Below are positions 1 to 7,045 of a stretch of 16,253 bases of DNA, piece after piece. Positions within the stretch are counted from its first letter, which is position 1. Each line of letters starts with the position of its first letter. The DNA is from an uncultured bacterium (lineage in GTDB: Bacteria > Hydrogenedentota > Hydrogenedentia > Hydrogenedentales > JAEUWI01). The translations under genes and the position numbers were made by a program. Where the stretch lies: NCBI GenBank assembly GCA_963977445.1, contig CAXBPH010000152.1, positions 1-16,253 of the forward strand. Reading direction: 5' to 3'. The notes below the pieces were generated by a model, which was not told where the DNA came from, searched no databases, and was given only the letters and a program-made list of their open reading frames with translations.

Positions 1-141
1 ACCGCTGTTGGTGACTGCCGGGATTGTCGGAACTTTACGAGGGCAATTTTTCCCCTTGTGGGTGTCGCGATCCCACCCCGGAGTCCGGCGCTGTGCCGGG
101 TGCTTTATAGATACTATTCAAAACTCTATATAGGTGATAAT

Positions 142-1008
142 ATGAACGAAAATACTTCAAATTTAAATAATGATAAAAGTGACGACAAAAATAAAAACAA
201 TAATGCTGCCGATGCATTCATGCAAAAACACGAGGACCTTATCGAAAAATTGAAGGCTTGCTATGCAAAGGATTCCGAAAGCTATCTTGAACAGTGCAAA
301 CACGTGGTTGAGCTTCACAAGCGGGCCACGAAGGACGACACCTTAGATGAGCTATACCCACTACTGGAGAAGATCTTCGACATCAGGAAATCCACCGCCA
401 AGAATATGCTAACGATGAACGACTTCTGGAATGTGAAACGACCAAAGCTTGCCAAGGTCCTGCTTCCGGACTACTTCAACTCTGGTGGTTGTACCAATAT
501 CGTTCGCGGCGTCAATCGGAAGGTCCAGAAGGATAAGAAGCCTACCAAGGACTTCGGCCGCTTCGTCGACCTAATCGTCGAAAAGGAAGGTATCTGTGTA
601 CAGCTTTGCAACCCTGAGGAATTGCTCGACCTGAAGGAGAAGACGGAGCGGGAATGGCGAGATATATTGGCTATTCCGAGAAAAAAGGGTGGAAAAGGGA
701 AACAATCTGATGAAATGCATTCAAAATACAAGACCTATGGCGCACTCCTCAAAGCGTACCGAAGCATGGAAGCCGAAGTGGAGCGCCTTCGTGCTGCCGG
801 AAAAACCCTTCCGGTGACCGAAGAGTCCGTCGAGCTCTCCGAGAGCAACGAATCGACAAACCCTTTCCTCCTGGATGATGTCGAGCAGCCCACGGAAAAA
901 TTTGACGACGACCTCAAAGTGGGTGGAGCCGACCGGACCACGGAAGAGGACGCCAAAGATGTAGTGGTAAGCGACGATAACCAAGCGGTCAGCCGGGAGG
1001 CGGTTTGA
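142..1008 (+). CDS. Hypothetical protein of the integrative element (possible DUF3102-like helical/HTH segment; acidic low-complexity C-terminus)
   Basis: Long ORF. ATG at 142 follows AGGTGA (132-137), preferred over GTG at 58. The segment LLEKIFDIRKSTAKNMLTM loosely resembles the DUF3102 'F..S.RTA..YM' pattern. Stop lies 2 nt before the next ATG. Confidence 0.75.
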   Translation: MNENTSNLNNDKSDDKNKNNNAADAFMQKHEDLIEKLKACYAKDSESYLEQCKHVVELHKRATKDDTLDELYPLLEKIFDIRKSTAKNMLTMNDFWNVKRPKLAKVLLPDYFNSGGCTNIVRGVNRKVQKDKKPTKDFGRFVDLIVEKEGICVQLCNPEELLDLKEKTEREWRDILAIPRKKGGKGKQSDEMHSKYKTYGALLKAYRSMEAEVERLRAAGKTLPVTEESVELSESNESTNPFLLDDVEQPTEKFDDDLKVGGADRTTEEDAKDVVVSDDNQAVSREAV

Positions 1009-1010
1009 TC

Positions 1011-1358
1011 ATGATTGATTTCAACGAAGAAGAGCTACTCACCATGTCGCAGGCCTCGAAGGTTTGCCCAAAGGTAGATGGAAAGCCTCCACACTGTGGA
1101 AGCATCTGGCGATGGGCCAGGAAAGGGATTCGTGGTATCCGGCTAGAGCATGTGCGAATCGGTAACAGGGTATGTACCTCCCTTGATGCCTTGAATCGAT
1201 TCTTCAACGCGCTGGCTGAGACACCTCCACCAGCTCCATCCCAGCATTCCGTCGTTCGAGAGCCAACGGGCAGAACGGAGTCGCAACGAGAAAAGGCCAT
1301 GGCAGCCGCCCGTAAGCGTTTGGAGAGCCGGGGAGTAATACAGGTGACCGAGCACTAA
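1011..1358 (+). CDS. DUF1580-family winged-HTH protein, probable excisionase/recombination directionality factor
   Basis: GGGAGG RBS (995-1000) precedes ATG 1011. The motif LLTMSQA...PHCGSIWRWARKGIRGIRLEHVRIGNRVCTSLDALNRFF plus the C-terminal 'AARKRLESRGV' match DUF1580 proteins. Lies about 215 bp from an att site. Confidence 0.85.
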   Translation: MIDFNEEELLTMSQASKVCPKVDGKPPHCGSIWRWARKGIRGIRLEHVRIGNRVCTSLDALNRFFNALAETPPPAPSQHSVVREPTGRTESQREKAMAAARKRLESRGVIQVTEH

Positions 1359-1440
1359 CGCGTTACGACCATGAGATAATTGTAAGCGCGACTGGTTTTT
1401 AAAGGATCGGTCGCGCTTCCTTTTGTCCACGAAATCGTTC

Positions 1441-1480
1441 CGGTTATAGTAACCGTTTTGGGGTGTAAATGCGGTTATAG
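1441..1480. repeat. Direct repeat CGGTTATAG x2; the first copy is part of the inverted repeat CGGTTA-TAG-TAACCG. Candidate integrase arm-type sites
   Basis: CGGTTATAG at 1441-1449 and 1472-1480; IR at 1441-1455; 95-135 bp upstream of the att core. Confidence 0.45.
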
Positions 1481-1573
1481 ACGCGAAGCTTGCGATCTGC
1501 TCTTTTTCATGATACCCTTTGTTTATAAGGTTTTCAGCGAGCAATACGACAAGGTCGACGCCTCCCAGGGCCA

Positions 1574-1618
1574 TTTGGGAGCAGGGGGTCGTAGGTTCGA
1601 ATCCTACCACCCCGACCA
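1574..1618 (+). pseudogene. 3' half of tRNA-Pro(TGG), the att core duplication
   Basis: TTTGGGA-GCAGG-GGGTC-GTAGG-TTCGAAT-CCTAC-CACCCCG-A-CCA gives the anticodon loop, perfect T arm, 3' acceptor strand and CCA. The upstream sequence lacks the CCTGC anticodon stem, the D arm and the CGGGGTG 5' strand. Confidence 0.92.
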
Positions 1619-1636
1619 TTATATCTTGTTATTTTT

Positions 1637-1666
1637 TCCCCTTTGGTTTTCCAGAGGGGATTTTTT
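1637..1666 (+). terminator. Rho-independent terminator downstream of the tRNA-Pro fragment
   Basis: TCCCCTTTGG-TTTT-CCAGAGGGGA stem (one G-U pair) followed by TTTTTT. Confidence 0.85.
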
Positions 1667-1845
1667 GTGGGTAAACCCCAGCCATGCCCCCACCCGCCCC
1701 AAGGGTGCCAACGTCAAGACGGACGGACCGCGATGGGTCGCAGTTGGTGCCTGAATGGCGTTTCTTGAGGCCTCACCGTATGGAACCCGCCGTCTGCCCT
1801 ACGACATCCCGGCAGGAGTTTTCGATTCTTGCAAGAGGCCATCGC

Positions 1846-1934
1846 TCCACAAAGAAGACATCCTGGCGGCTGCTCCGCCGCTGGGTAATATGATGCGGCT
1901 GACCCGCCTCTACGATTCGTGTTACTCCAAGCAT
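1846..1934 (-). pseudogene. N-terminal relic of a REP-associated tyrosine (RAYT / IS200-like Y1) transposase
   Basis: Translates MLGVTRIVEAGQPHHITQRRSSRQDVFFVE, matching the RAYT start 'MPR.AR.V.PG.PHHITQRGNRRQDVFF'. Similarity stops there and no HUH or Tyr motif follows. Confidence 0.75.
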
Positions 1935-1950
1935 GAGGAACGTGCATGAG

Positions 1951-2056
1951 TTCTTCCCGTCGAATGGGTCCCAGACAGAAAGGATTTCCCACAGCGGCGC
2001 CCGACTCCCAAACCACGTCGGGTAATCTACCAAGGACATCAGCCTCCACACCGATT
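1951..2056 (-). pseudogene. Fragment of a second ArsM-like methyltransferase, paralogous to 3658..4413
   Basis: IGVEADVLGRLPDVVWESGAAVGNPFCLGPIRREE aligns without gaps to LGYDTEWLDRLPEAIWESDAAVGNPFHLGPIRPGE. It stops before the SAM-binding motif. Confidence 0.85.
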
Positions 2057-2162
2057 CGCTTAAAGCGGCCAGGGAACCTCAGCAACAGAACGATTCAGCG
2101 CGAGCGGCGCTTTTCCGCGTGACAAAGTGGATGCCAACGATTGGGGCGCAAGACAACACCTC

Positions 2163-3332
2163 TTACTTTCGCGCGGGTCGTTCAATCAGCTTGGGGATAC
2201 TGCCCGTATACGTATTCCCCTTTATCTTGATGCCTTCAATCCCATCATCGACCAGGATAAATGCGGTTTGATGGTCGCTCGCATAGAAAATGTTGTCTTT
2301 GATGTGTATGTCGCCTGTCACGGTTGCGTACACATCGGAATTATCCAGCCGGATTTCGCAATCCTGCTCTTTGTCATCCTTGCGCCCATTTTCCTGAAAC
2401 ACGTTAGATGTGACAAGGATATGGCGAATTTCAGGTGCCCACAACCCTTCGCGGCCACTATGCCGTATGACATTATTGGTGAGTGTGCAAAAAAGACTGT
2501 TTCGTTCAATCGTTACGCCCCGGGAGCCGTTCTCACTAAATATATTCCCTGATGCGAGGACATACTCGCATTCTTCAACAAAGTAGCCACCCATCTTGCT
2601 ATTGGAAACTTCATTGTTGATAAAACGGCCATTGTGACTGAAGTAAAAGTGCGTGCCATCGGATTTGGATCCGATAAGACGACACCCCTTCACCACCCAA
2701 CCATCAACATAATAGAAAGCGACGTTGCCCTGATCAATTCGCTCGCTATTGGGTGCAGGCCCTTCTTGGGCACTTAGATAGTCCCCGTAAGCCGTACAAC
2801 AGTTTATTGTGGTGATTTGAATAAGCGAGATGTTGCGAATCGGCTTTGCATTACTCTCGCCAAAAACGCCAACCCCATTGGCCGTCAGCTCCCGACATAT
2901 CAGCGACTCAATGCGTACATTTTCAACATTGCCCACCATTCGAATTCCTGCAATATTCACACCGGGGTCCCAAGCCTCTCGACGCCCAATGATCTCCCCG
3001 CCTCTAATGCAGATGTCGGAGGCATTCTTGATCAGGAACGCCTCCCCGTCCTCTTTCATGTCCTCCGAGAAAATAAACGTAGCGCCTTCCATCAAGAGCG
3101 TCGCCCCATCAGGAACGGCAAGTCCTTCCGCGCTGCTCAAATGATACACTCCCGGTGCGAAGCGAAATACGGTTGGTGTACCAATGTTACTCTTGAGCGC
3201 TTCTTGAATCCTTGCTTGATGCTTCTGCGTATCATCAGCGCTGTAGGGGCCAATATCCACCTGCGCCAGATCCGCAGCATGAACGATAAGACCGAATCCA
3301 ACTAGGAAGAAAAACGGAATAGAAGTTCGCAT
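2163..3332 (-). CDS. Secreted right-handed parallel beta-helix repeat protein (pectin-lyase-like fold)
   Basis: 389-aa ORF with AAGGA RBS and signal peptide. Has the N-terminal 'IQEAL...FAPGVY' cap and repeated 'N.F..NG..G..I' PbH1 coils. Confidence 0.88.
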   Translation of the reverse strand: MRTSIPFFFLVGFGLIVHAADLAQVDIGPYSADDTQKHQARIQEALKSNIGTPTVFRFAPGVYHLSSAEGLAVPDGATLLMEGATFIFSEDMKEDGEAFLIKNASDICIRGGEIIGRREAWDPGVNIAGIRMVGNVENVRIESLICRELTANGVGVFGESNAKPIRNISLIQITTINCCTAYGDYLSAQEGPAPNSERIDQGNVAFYYVDGWVVKGCRLIGSKSDGTHFYFSHNGRFINNEVSNSKMGGYFVEECEYVLASGNIFSENGSRGVTIERNSLFCTLTNNVIRHSGREGLWAPEIRHILVTSNVFQENGRKDDKEQDCEIRLDNSDVYATVTGDIHIKDNIFYASDHQTAFILVDDGIEGIKIKGNTYTGSIPKLIERPARK

Positions 3333-3364
3333 AGCGGTATTTCCTTTAGCGTTATATGGTGGAT

Positions 3365-3385
3365 GCGTAGGCCCGAAGGCCTCGC
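3365..3385 (-). other. Stable C(UUCG)G tetraloop hairpin in the 5' leader of the beta-helix gene
   Basis: Minus strand reads GCG-AGGCC-TTCG-GGCCT-A-CGC, about 30 nt upstream of the start codon. No U-tract. Confidence 0.45.
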
Positions 3386-3657
3386 CGTGGACCAGATTGG
3401 TGCGTGATAAACGGTGAACTTCGGGCCCTGAAGACAGGTTTCGGATGGGGGGCTATTTAAGTATATTTCAATTTTCGATTCAATTTGCAATCCCCCGTCT
3501 TTTTGGTTCAGCGTCAATTGGGGATTTGGGTATTTCGGGGCAGGGAGTAGCGCCGAAAGCACTTCCCATTATTGAGTGGGAATCCGTCTTTGGCATCTCA
3601 CTACGGTGCTTCTCAAGCAAGGCGCGAGAAAAATACGGACTATCGGAACATATCTTC

Positions 3658-4413
3658 TCATGCGCCCCTATCTACTGGCCTCTCTGCATAAAACAACGCA
3701 CCCAAGGTGGAGCGCGAAGTACGATACCCCGTTGTTTCGAGGGGGCGTATATTCATGAAACCAGCCTCCTCGATCATGCTCACAAAACGTTCGGGAGCCA
3801 AGGTCCCCGCGATACAGTCTGCCCAATCGTCCGACGAGATAGTTTCAGTTGAATCCCCGGGTTTGTCTCGCACCATATCGGCAATCTGAAGTCGACCGCC
3901 GGGCCTGAGTACTCGGAACGCTTCCTTCAAGACGCACGCCTTTCGTGCCGAAAGATTAATCGCTCCGTTCGAAATCACGACATCAGCGCACTCGTCAGGT
4001 ATTTTAAGTTCCGCAATGTCCGCCTCATGTATTTTTATGTTTGCTAAGCAGGCTAGCGTGGCATTGTCGCGGGCCTTCGCCACCATTGCGGGCGTGATGT
4101 CCACGCCAATAACGTTGCCGCTGTCTCCAACCAGAAGTGCAGCCACACATGCGTCCGCCCCCGCCCCACAGCCCAGATCGATCACCGTCTCTCCCGGTCG
4201 AATAGGGCCCAGATGGAACGGGTTCCCCACGGCGGCATCCGATTCCCAAATTGCTTCGGGAAGGCGATCCAGCCATTCGGTGTCGTAGCCCAACAGTCGT
4301 GCGTTTTCCTTGCCTTTTCCCCATCCGAAGTCTTTCTCGGGGTGTGTCGCTAACTCGGTGTAGAGTGCCTGGATTCCGTCATTTTGGGACTCGCTGCCAC
4401 AGGCGTCACTCAT
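3658..4413 (-). CDS. ArsM-like class I SAM-dependent methyltransferase with a non-canonical cysteine pattern
   Basis: Motifs GNP...GETVIDLGCGAG, VIGVDITPAM, ADVVISNGAINL, EAFRVLRPGGRLQIAD and WADCIAGT. ATG overlaps the SET stop codon (ATGA). Confidence 0.88.
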   Translation of the reverse strand: MSDACGSESQNDGIQALYTELATHPEKDFGWGKGKENARLLGYDTEWLDRLPEAIWESDAAVGNPFHLGPIRPGETVIDLGCGAGADACVAALLVGDSGNVIGVDITPAMVAKARDNATLACLANIKIHEADIAELKIPDECADVVISNGAINLSARKACVLKEAFRVLRPGGRLQIADMVRDKPGDSTETISSDDWADCIAGTLAPERFVSMIEEAGFMNIRPLETTGYRTSRSTLGALFYAERPVDRGA

Positions 4414-4904
4414 TTATTTCCCTCTCGAATTGGCTCTTCAAGGCGACCATGCATCCAGCCGCAGCAATTTTCCGCTCTACAGTTGCAAAGAAACTGATAC
4501 TCGATCACATCTTCGGTGGCTCTGTAGTCAATGGTGACATATTCACCCGGCTGAATATCCCGTGTGGCCCTTGCTTCCAGAACCGATACGTCGATGGCGA
4601 GATTCGGGTCACAGCTATGGAGCATAAAACGACAGAACCATTGATCATGAAAATGTAGTGTCGGCGTTATTTGAATCGTGTTTATGGTGACGTGGCTCGT
4701 GATGATTCCCGAAAGTCGAGCGACGAGGCTCCCCTTTTGAAATGATACTCTGCTCGTTAGACCTCGGCCCCGCTCGTCGCCTGTATCCACTACTGCAAAC
4801 TGGTCACTCATGGGGTGGCCCTCCTCCCAGGGAATCAGGCTGTCATAGAGGGGAGTCGCATTTTCATTCACCGGACGACCATAGGGATTAAAATCTTCGT
4901 TCAT
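4410..4904 (-). CDS. SET domain protein with post-SET zinc motif (putative lysine/amine N-methyltransferase)
   Basis: Motifs RGRGL (GxG), RFMLHSCDPN (canonical RFINHSCxPN), ATRDIQPGEYVTIDY, and post-SET CNCRAENC. ATG 4904 follows AAGGA; alternative starts are 4934 (GTG) and 4811 (ATG after GGAGGAGG). Confidence 0.9.
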   Translation of the reverse strand: MNEDFNPYGRPVNENATPLYDSLIPWEEGHPMSDQFAVVDTGDERGRGLTSRVSFQKGSLVARLSGIITSHVTINTIQITPTLHFHDQWFCRFMLHSCDPNLAIDVSVLEARATRDIQPGEYVTIDYRATEDVIEYQFLCNCRAENCCGWMHGRLEEPIREGNK

Positions 4905-4934
4905 TTCTGGATTCCTTAACCGGCTTGGATTCAC

Positions 4935-5558
4935 TCAAGCCGCCCGCTTGAATAGCGCGTAAATATAGGGTCTAGGATCGCCATTGGGATTGATGTAGGT
5001 GTAGTCTTGCTGGGAAATCAGACTGAAAGGTGCGCCCAAGCGGGCTGACAACTCCTCAACCGAATACCTGTGAAGTGGCAAGCCTGCGCATTTGGTGGCG
5101 CCGATTATTGAGAATTCAGCGAACAGGGCAAAGCCACCGGGATTGAGGGCGAGAAATAGGTTGTTGAAGTATTTCGTGATCGCATCTTTATCTATCAGGA
5201 AATGCAGCACCGCACGATCGATCCAGATGTCTATGGCGGGCACGAGAGACGGTATTGGTTGGACGATATCCTGGCAGAGATACGTAATGTTATTGTCTTT
5301 CACGCCTAATCTGTTCTTAAGGGTGTCCAACGCCTTCTGGCTGATGTCATTGGCAATCAATCGTTCAACACCGCGGGACAGGAGTTCTTCGACCAAGATT
5401 GAAGTCCCGGCTCCCGGGAGGAAAATAGTGGATTTCTCCCATCCGGGAACTTGCTCCAGCAATTCCATCGTCCGACTTGCGCTCTCTTCGTACCATCCGA
5501 GCGCCGAATCCTCTTGTCTGGTGAATATAGAGTCCCAGTGCTCTCTACTCGATGGCAT
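4935..5558 (-). CDS. Class I SAM-dependent methyltransferase (TPMT/TehB-like)
   Basis: GAGGAG RBS precedes ATG 5558. Motifs HWDSIF...LGWYE, PGAGTS, NDISQKAL, DIWIDRAVLHFL, GATKCAGLP and YIYALFKR. Confidence 0.88.
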   Translation of the reverse strand: MPSSREHWDSIFTRQEDSALGWYEESASRTMELLEQVPGWEKSTIFLPGAGTSILVEELLSRGVERLIANDISQKALDTLKNRLGVKDNNITYLCQDIVQPIPSLVPAIDIWIDRAVLHFLIDKDAITKYFNNLFLALNPGGFALFAEFSIIGATKCAGLPLHRYSVEELSARLGAPFSLISQQDYTYINPNGDPRPYIYALFKRAA

Positions 5559-5648
5559 GACCACTCCTCTTCGCGGCGTAGATACCGCTACACTTTTCTG
5601 ATTTTCTCCAGGCTTCTAATTTCATGTTGTCGCATCTGTCGGGTGGCT

Positions 5649-5981
5649 TTACCCACGACGTTTCCCTTCGCGGCGAACCGAATCAGCGGAACGTGGAACA
5701 GCTGGGTAATCGCCAGAGATAAAGCGTAGCAATCCCTTGACCAGCTTTGGTCGCATCACGTAATAGCAGCGCATGTTGCCATCCTCGCGAAAGTCTACGA
5801 TATGTTCACGACGCAACGCGGACAGATGCCGCGAGACATTAGACTGCGGAATGTCCAACAAATCCTGGATGTCCGTCACACACTTTGCGCCCGTGGCAAG
5901 CTCCTCGAGGATGGCCAGACGCGTCGGATGCGCGAGTACTCTAAGCAATTCGGCCTTCTGCCGCAGATCAAGATCTTGCAT
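5649..5981 (-). CDS. ArsR/SmtB-family transcriptional repressor
   Basis: GGAG RBS precedes ATG 5981. AELLRVLAHPTRLAILEEL...KCVTDIQDLLDIPQSNVSRHLSALRREHIVDFREDGNMRCYY is a typical ArsR winged HTH. Confidence 0.93.
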   Translation of the reverse strand: MQDLDLRQKAELLRVLAHPTRLAILEELATGAKCVTDIQDLLDIPQSNVSRHLSALRREHIVDFREDGNMRCYYVMRPKLVKGLLRFISGDYPAVPRSADSVRREGKRRG

Positions 5982-6006
5982 GTCTCTCTCCGTTTCAAAT
6001 AGCAAC

Positions 6007-6034
6007 ATAACCATATGGGTATATGCGAATATAG
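6007..6034. promoter_or_regulatory. Putative ArsR-family operator (overlapping imperfect palindromes)
   Basis: ATAACCAT|ATGGGTAT (6007-6022, 7/8 pairs) overlaps ATATGGGTAT|ATGCGAATAT (6013-6032, 7/10 pairs). Sits between the -10 box and the RBS of the ArsR gene. Confidence 0.65.
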
Positions 6035-6040
6035 TGATAC

Positions 6041-6069
6041 ACCATAGCAGAGACACGTTCTGGTTTCAA
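6041..6069 (-). promoter_or_regulatory. sigma70-type promoter of the ArsR-methyltransferase operon
   Basis: Minus strand TTGAAA-17 nt-TATGGT with an extended -10 (TGc TATGGT). Confidence 0.65.
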
Positions 6070-6524
6070 GAGAGCTCCTCTCTATCGGCACTTCATGCAG
6101 TTGGGCTCATGGGCATGGTAACGGCGTGTGCGCTCTCATGGACTAAGGGCGAGGAACAACGTTCGCCTTTTTAGTTGCCTGCGGCTTACAGTCAGGGACC
6201 GGGAGAATAGGCTTTTGACCCTTGCGCCTGGGCCTGGTGGAGCGATGACCGTGAGACGCCCGGTAGATCCAAGGCGTCCGGAACTTGGGCTCCTTCTTCT
6301 GGCTGAGTATCACACCCTATACTTCGGAGAATATAGTATTCTCTAGAAGAGTTTCGAATAAGATGAGGATTTCGGTTCATTTTTTGTTCTGGTAGGTTTC
6401 TTGGACTTCCGAGCGGAGGAATTGCAGCGTCTTTCTCCGCCATTGTTCCAGAAACCAGGTGCGATATTTTTTCGCTTTCGCGGTTCTTGAGCAGGCGCGT
6501 TGACGTTATTGGGAGTCGGATTAC

Positions 6525-6650
6525 ATGGGAAATACGGTTGGACCGCGTTATTGCTTCCAGGTGATGTTTATCTGGGCAGCGCTCCTGCTATTGGCGGGCA
6601 CTACAGCCCGGGGCGCCGAAGTGATTGCGGGGCAGGTGCTCAATGGGCAG
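6525..6650 (+). pseudogene. 5' relic of a secreted protein gene
   Basis: GGGAG RBS, ATG 6525 and signal peptide (..MFIWAALLLLAGTTARGA|EVIAGQVLNG). The frame then runs into the antisense of another gene relic. Confidence 0.5.
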
Positions 6651-6795
6651 CCACGCCACGGAAAGGTTGTTGCAGGGAATCATCTCCACCTCCACCCGGA
6701 CCCCGTTGCAGCGGTTGGGAAAAGGCGGCGATGCCGATCAACAAAACAGCGGCGAATCCCGCACCAATCTGTACCTGTTTTCTTGTTACGGTCAC
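6640..6795 (-). pseudogene. 5' relic of a secreted protein gene (N-terminus reminiscent of DUF3500 proteins)
   Basis: GGAG RBS and GTG 6795. Translates MTVTRKQVQIGAGFAAVLLIGIAAFSQPLQRGPGGGGDDSLQQPFRGVAAH*, a signal peptide plus 'L..PFRGV'. Not in the supplied ORF track (<60 aa). Confidence 0.55.
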
Positions 6796-7045
6796 GTCGC
6801 GTTCTCCAAAGTATTTTTTAGAAGTAAGGTTTTCGCCATCATAACATGGGGACGATTAATTACCTCTCCAGGAAAGCCGAGGGGCATCCACAATATGGGA
6901 CGCTCGACGCAATCCCCTCTCGAACCCGCCCAGGCAACTACGCTCCATGCACACGAACCGGCAGGGCCGGATCGCCCTCCTACGGCGCGTCTAAGGACGT
7001 GGCACGAATTGAGTGGCTTTGATGGGGTGACGTTTTCTTTGCCCA

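Larger units (their letters stand above)
1..1618 (+). mobile_element. Right end of an integrative element/genomic island inserted in tRNA-Pro(TGG); extends off the left edge
   Basis: Ends in a tRNA 3' fragment starting at the anticodon loop, carries an excisionase-like gene, and has short repeats upstream of the core. No integrase is in the window. Confidence 0.75.

Noticed and set aside
37..103. Riboswitch or structured RNA upstream of the first gene
   Set aside because: Several short GC-rich hairpins exist, but they match no riboswitch consensus I recognise.
1540..1618. Intact tRNA-Pro gene
   Set aside because: The 5' acceptor strand, D arm and 5' anticodon stem are absent; only the 3' 45 nt are present.
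3460..3490. sigma70 promoter for the beta-helix gene (TTGCAA...TATACT, minus strand)
   Set aside because: Spacer is 19 nt; plausible but not well enough supported.
4410..5558. Selenocysteine or readthrough fusion of the class I MTase and SET, which are in the same frame separated by one TGA at 4935-4937
   Set aside because: No SECIS-like hairpin follows the TGA. The TGA falls at the natural C-terminus (YALFKRAA), not a catalytic site, and SET has its own RBS and ATG. A shared frame is expected by chance about one time in three.
3658..5981. Canonical ars operon (arsR/arsM symbols)
   Set aside because: Key cysteine motifs are missing and there is no arsB/acr3/arsC, so gene symbols were withheld.
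6141..6176. attC site or terminator (ACTAAGGGCGA...TCGCCTTTTTAGT)
   Set aside because: Too short for attC, lacks AAC/GTT boxes, and no plus-strand gene ends immediately upstream.
6192..6500. Minus-strand ORF 6192..6443 and a protein-like stretch (KKYRTWFLEQWRRKTLQFLRSEVQETYQNKK*) in another frame
   Set aside because: No start, RBS or recognisable family; possibly a relic but not assignable.
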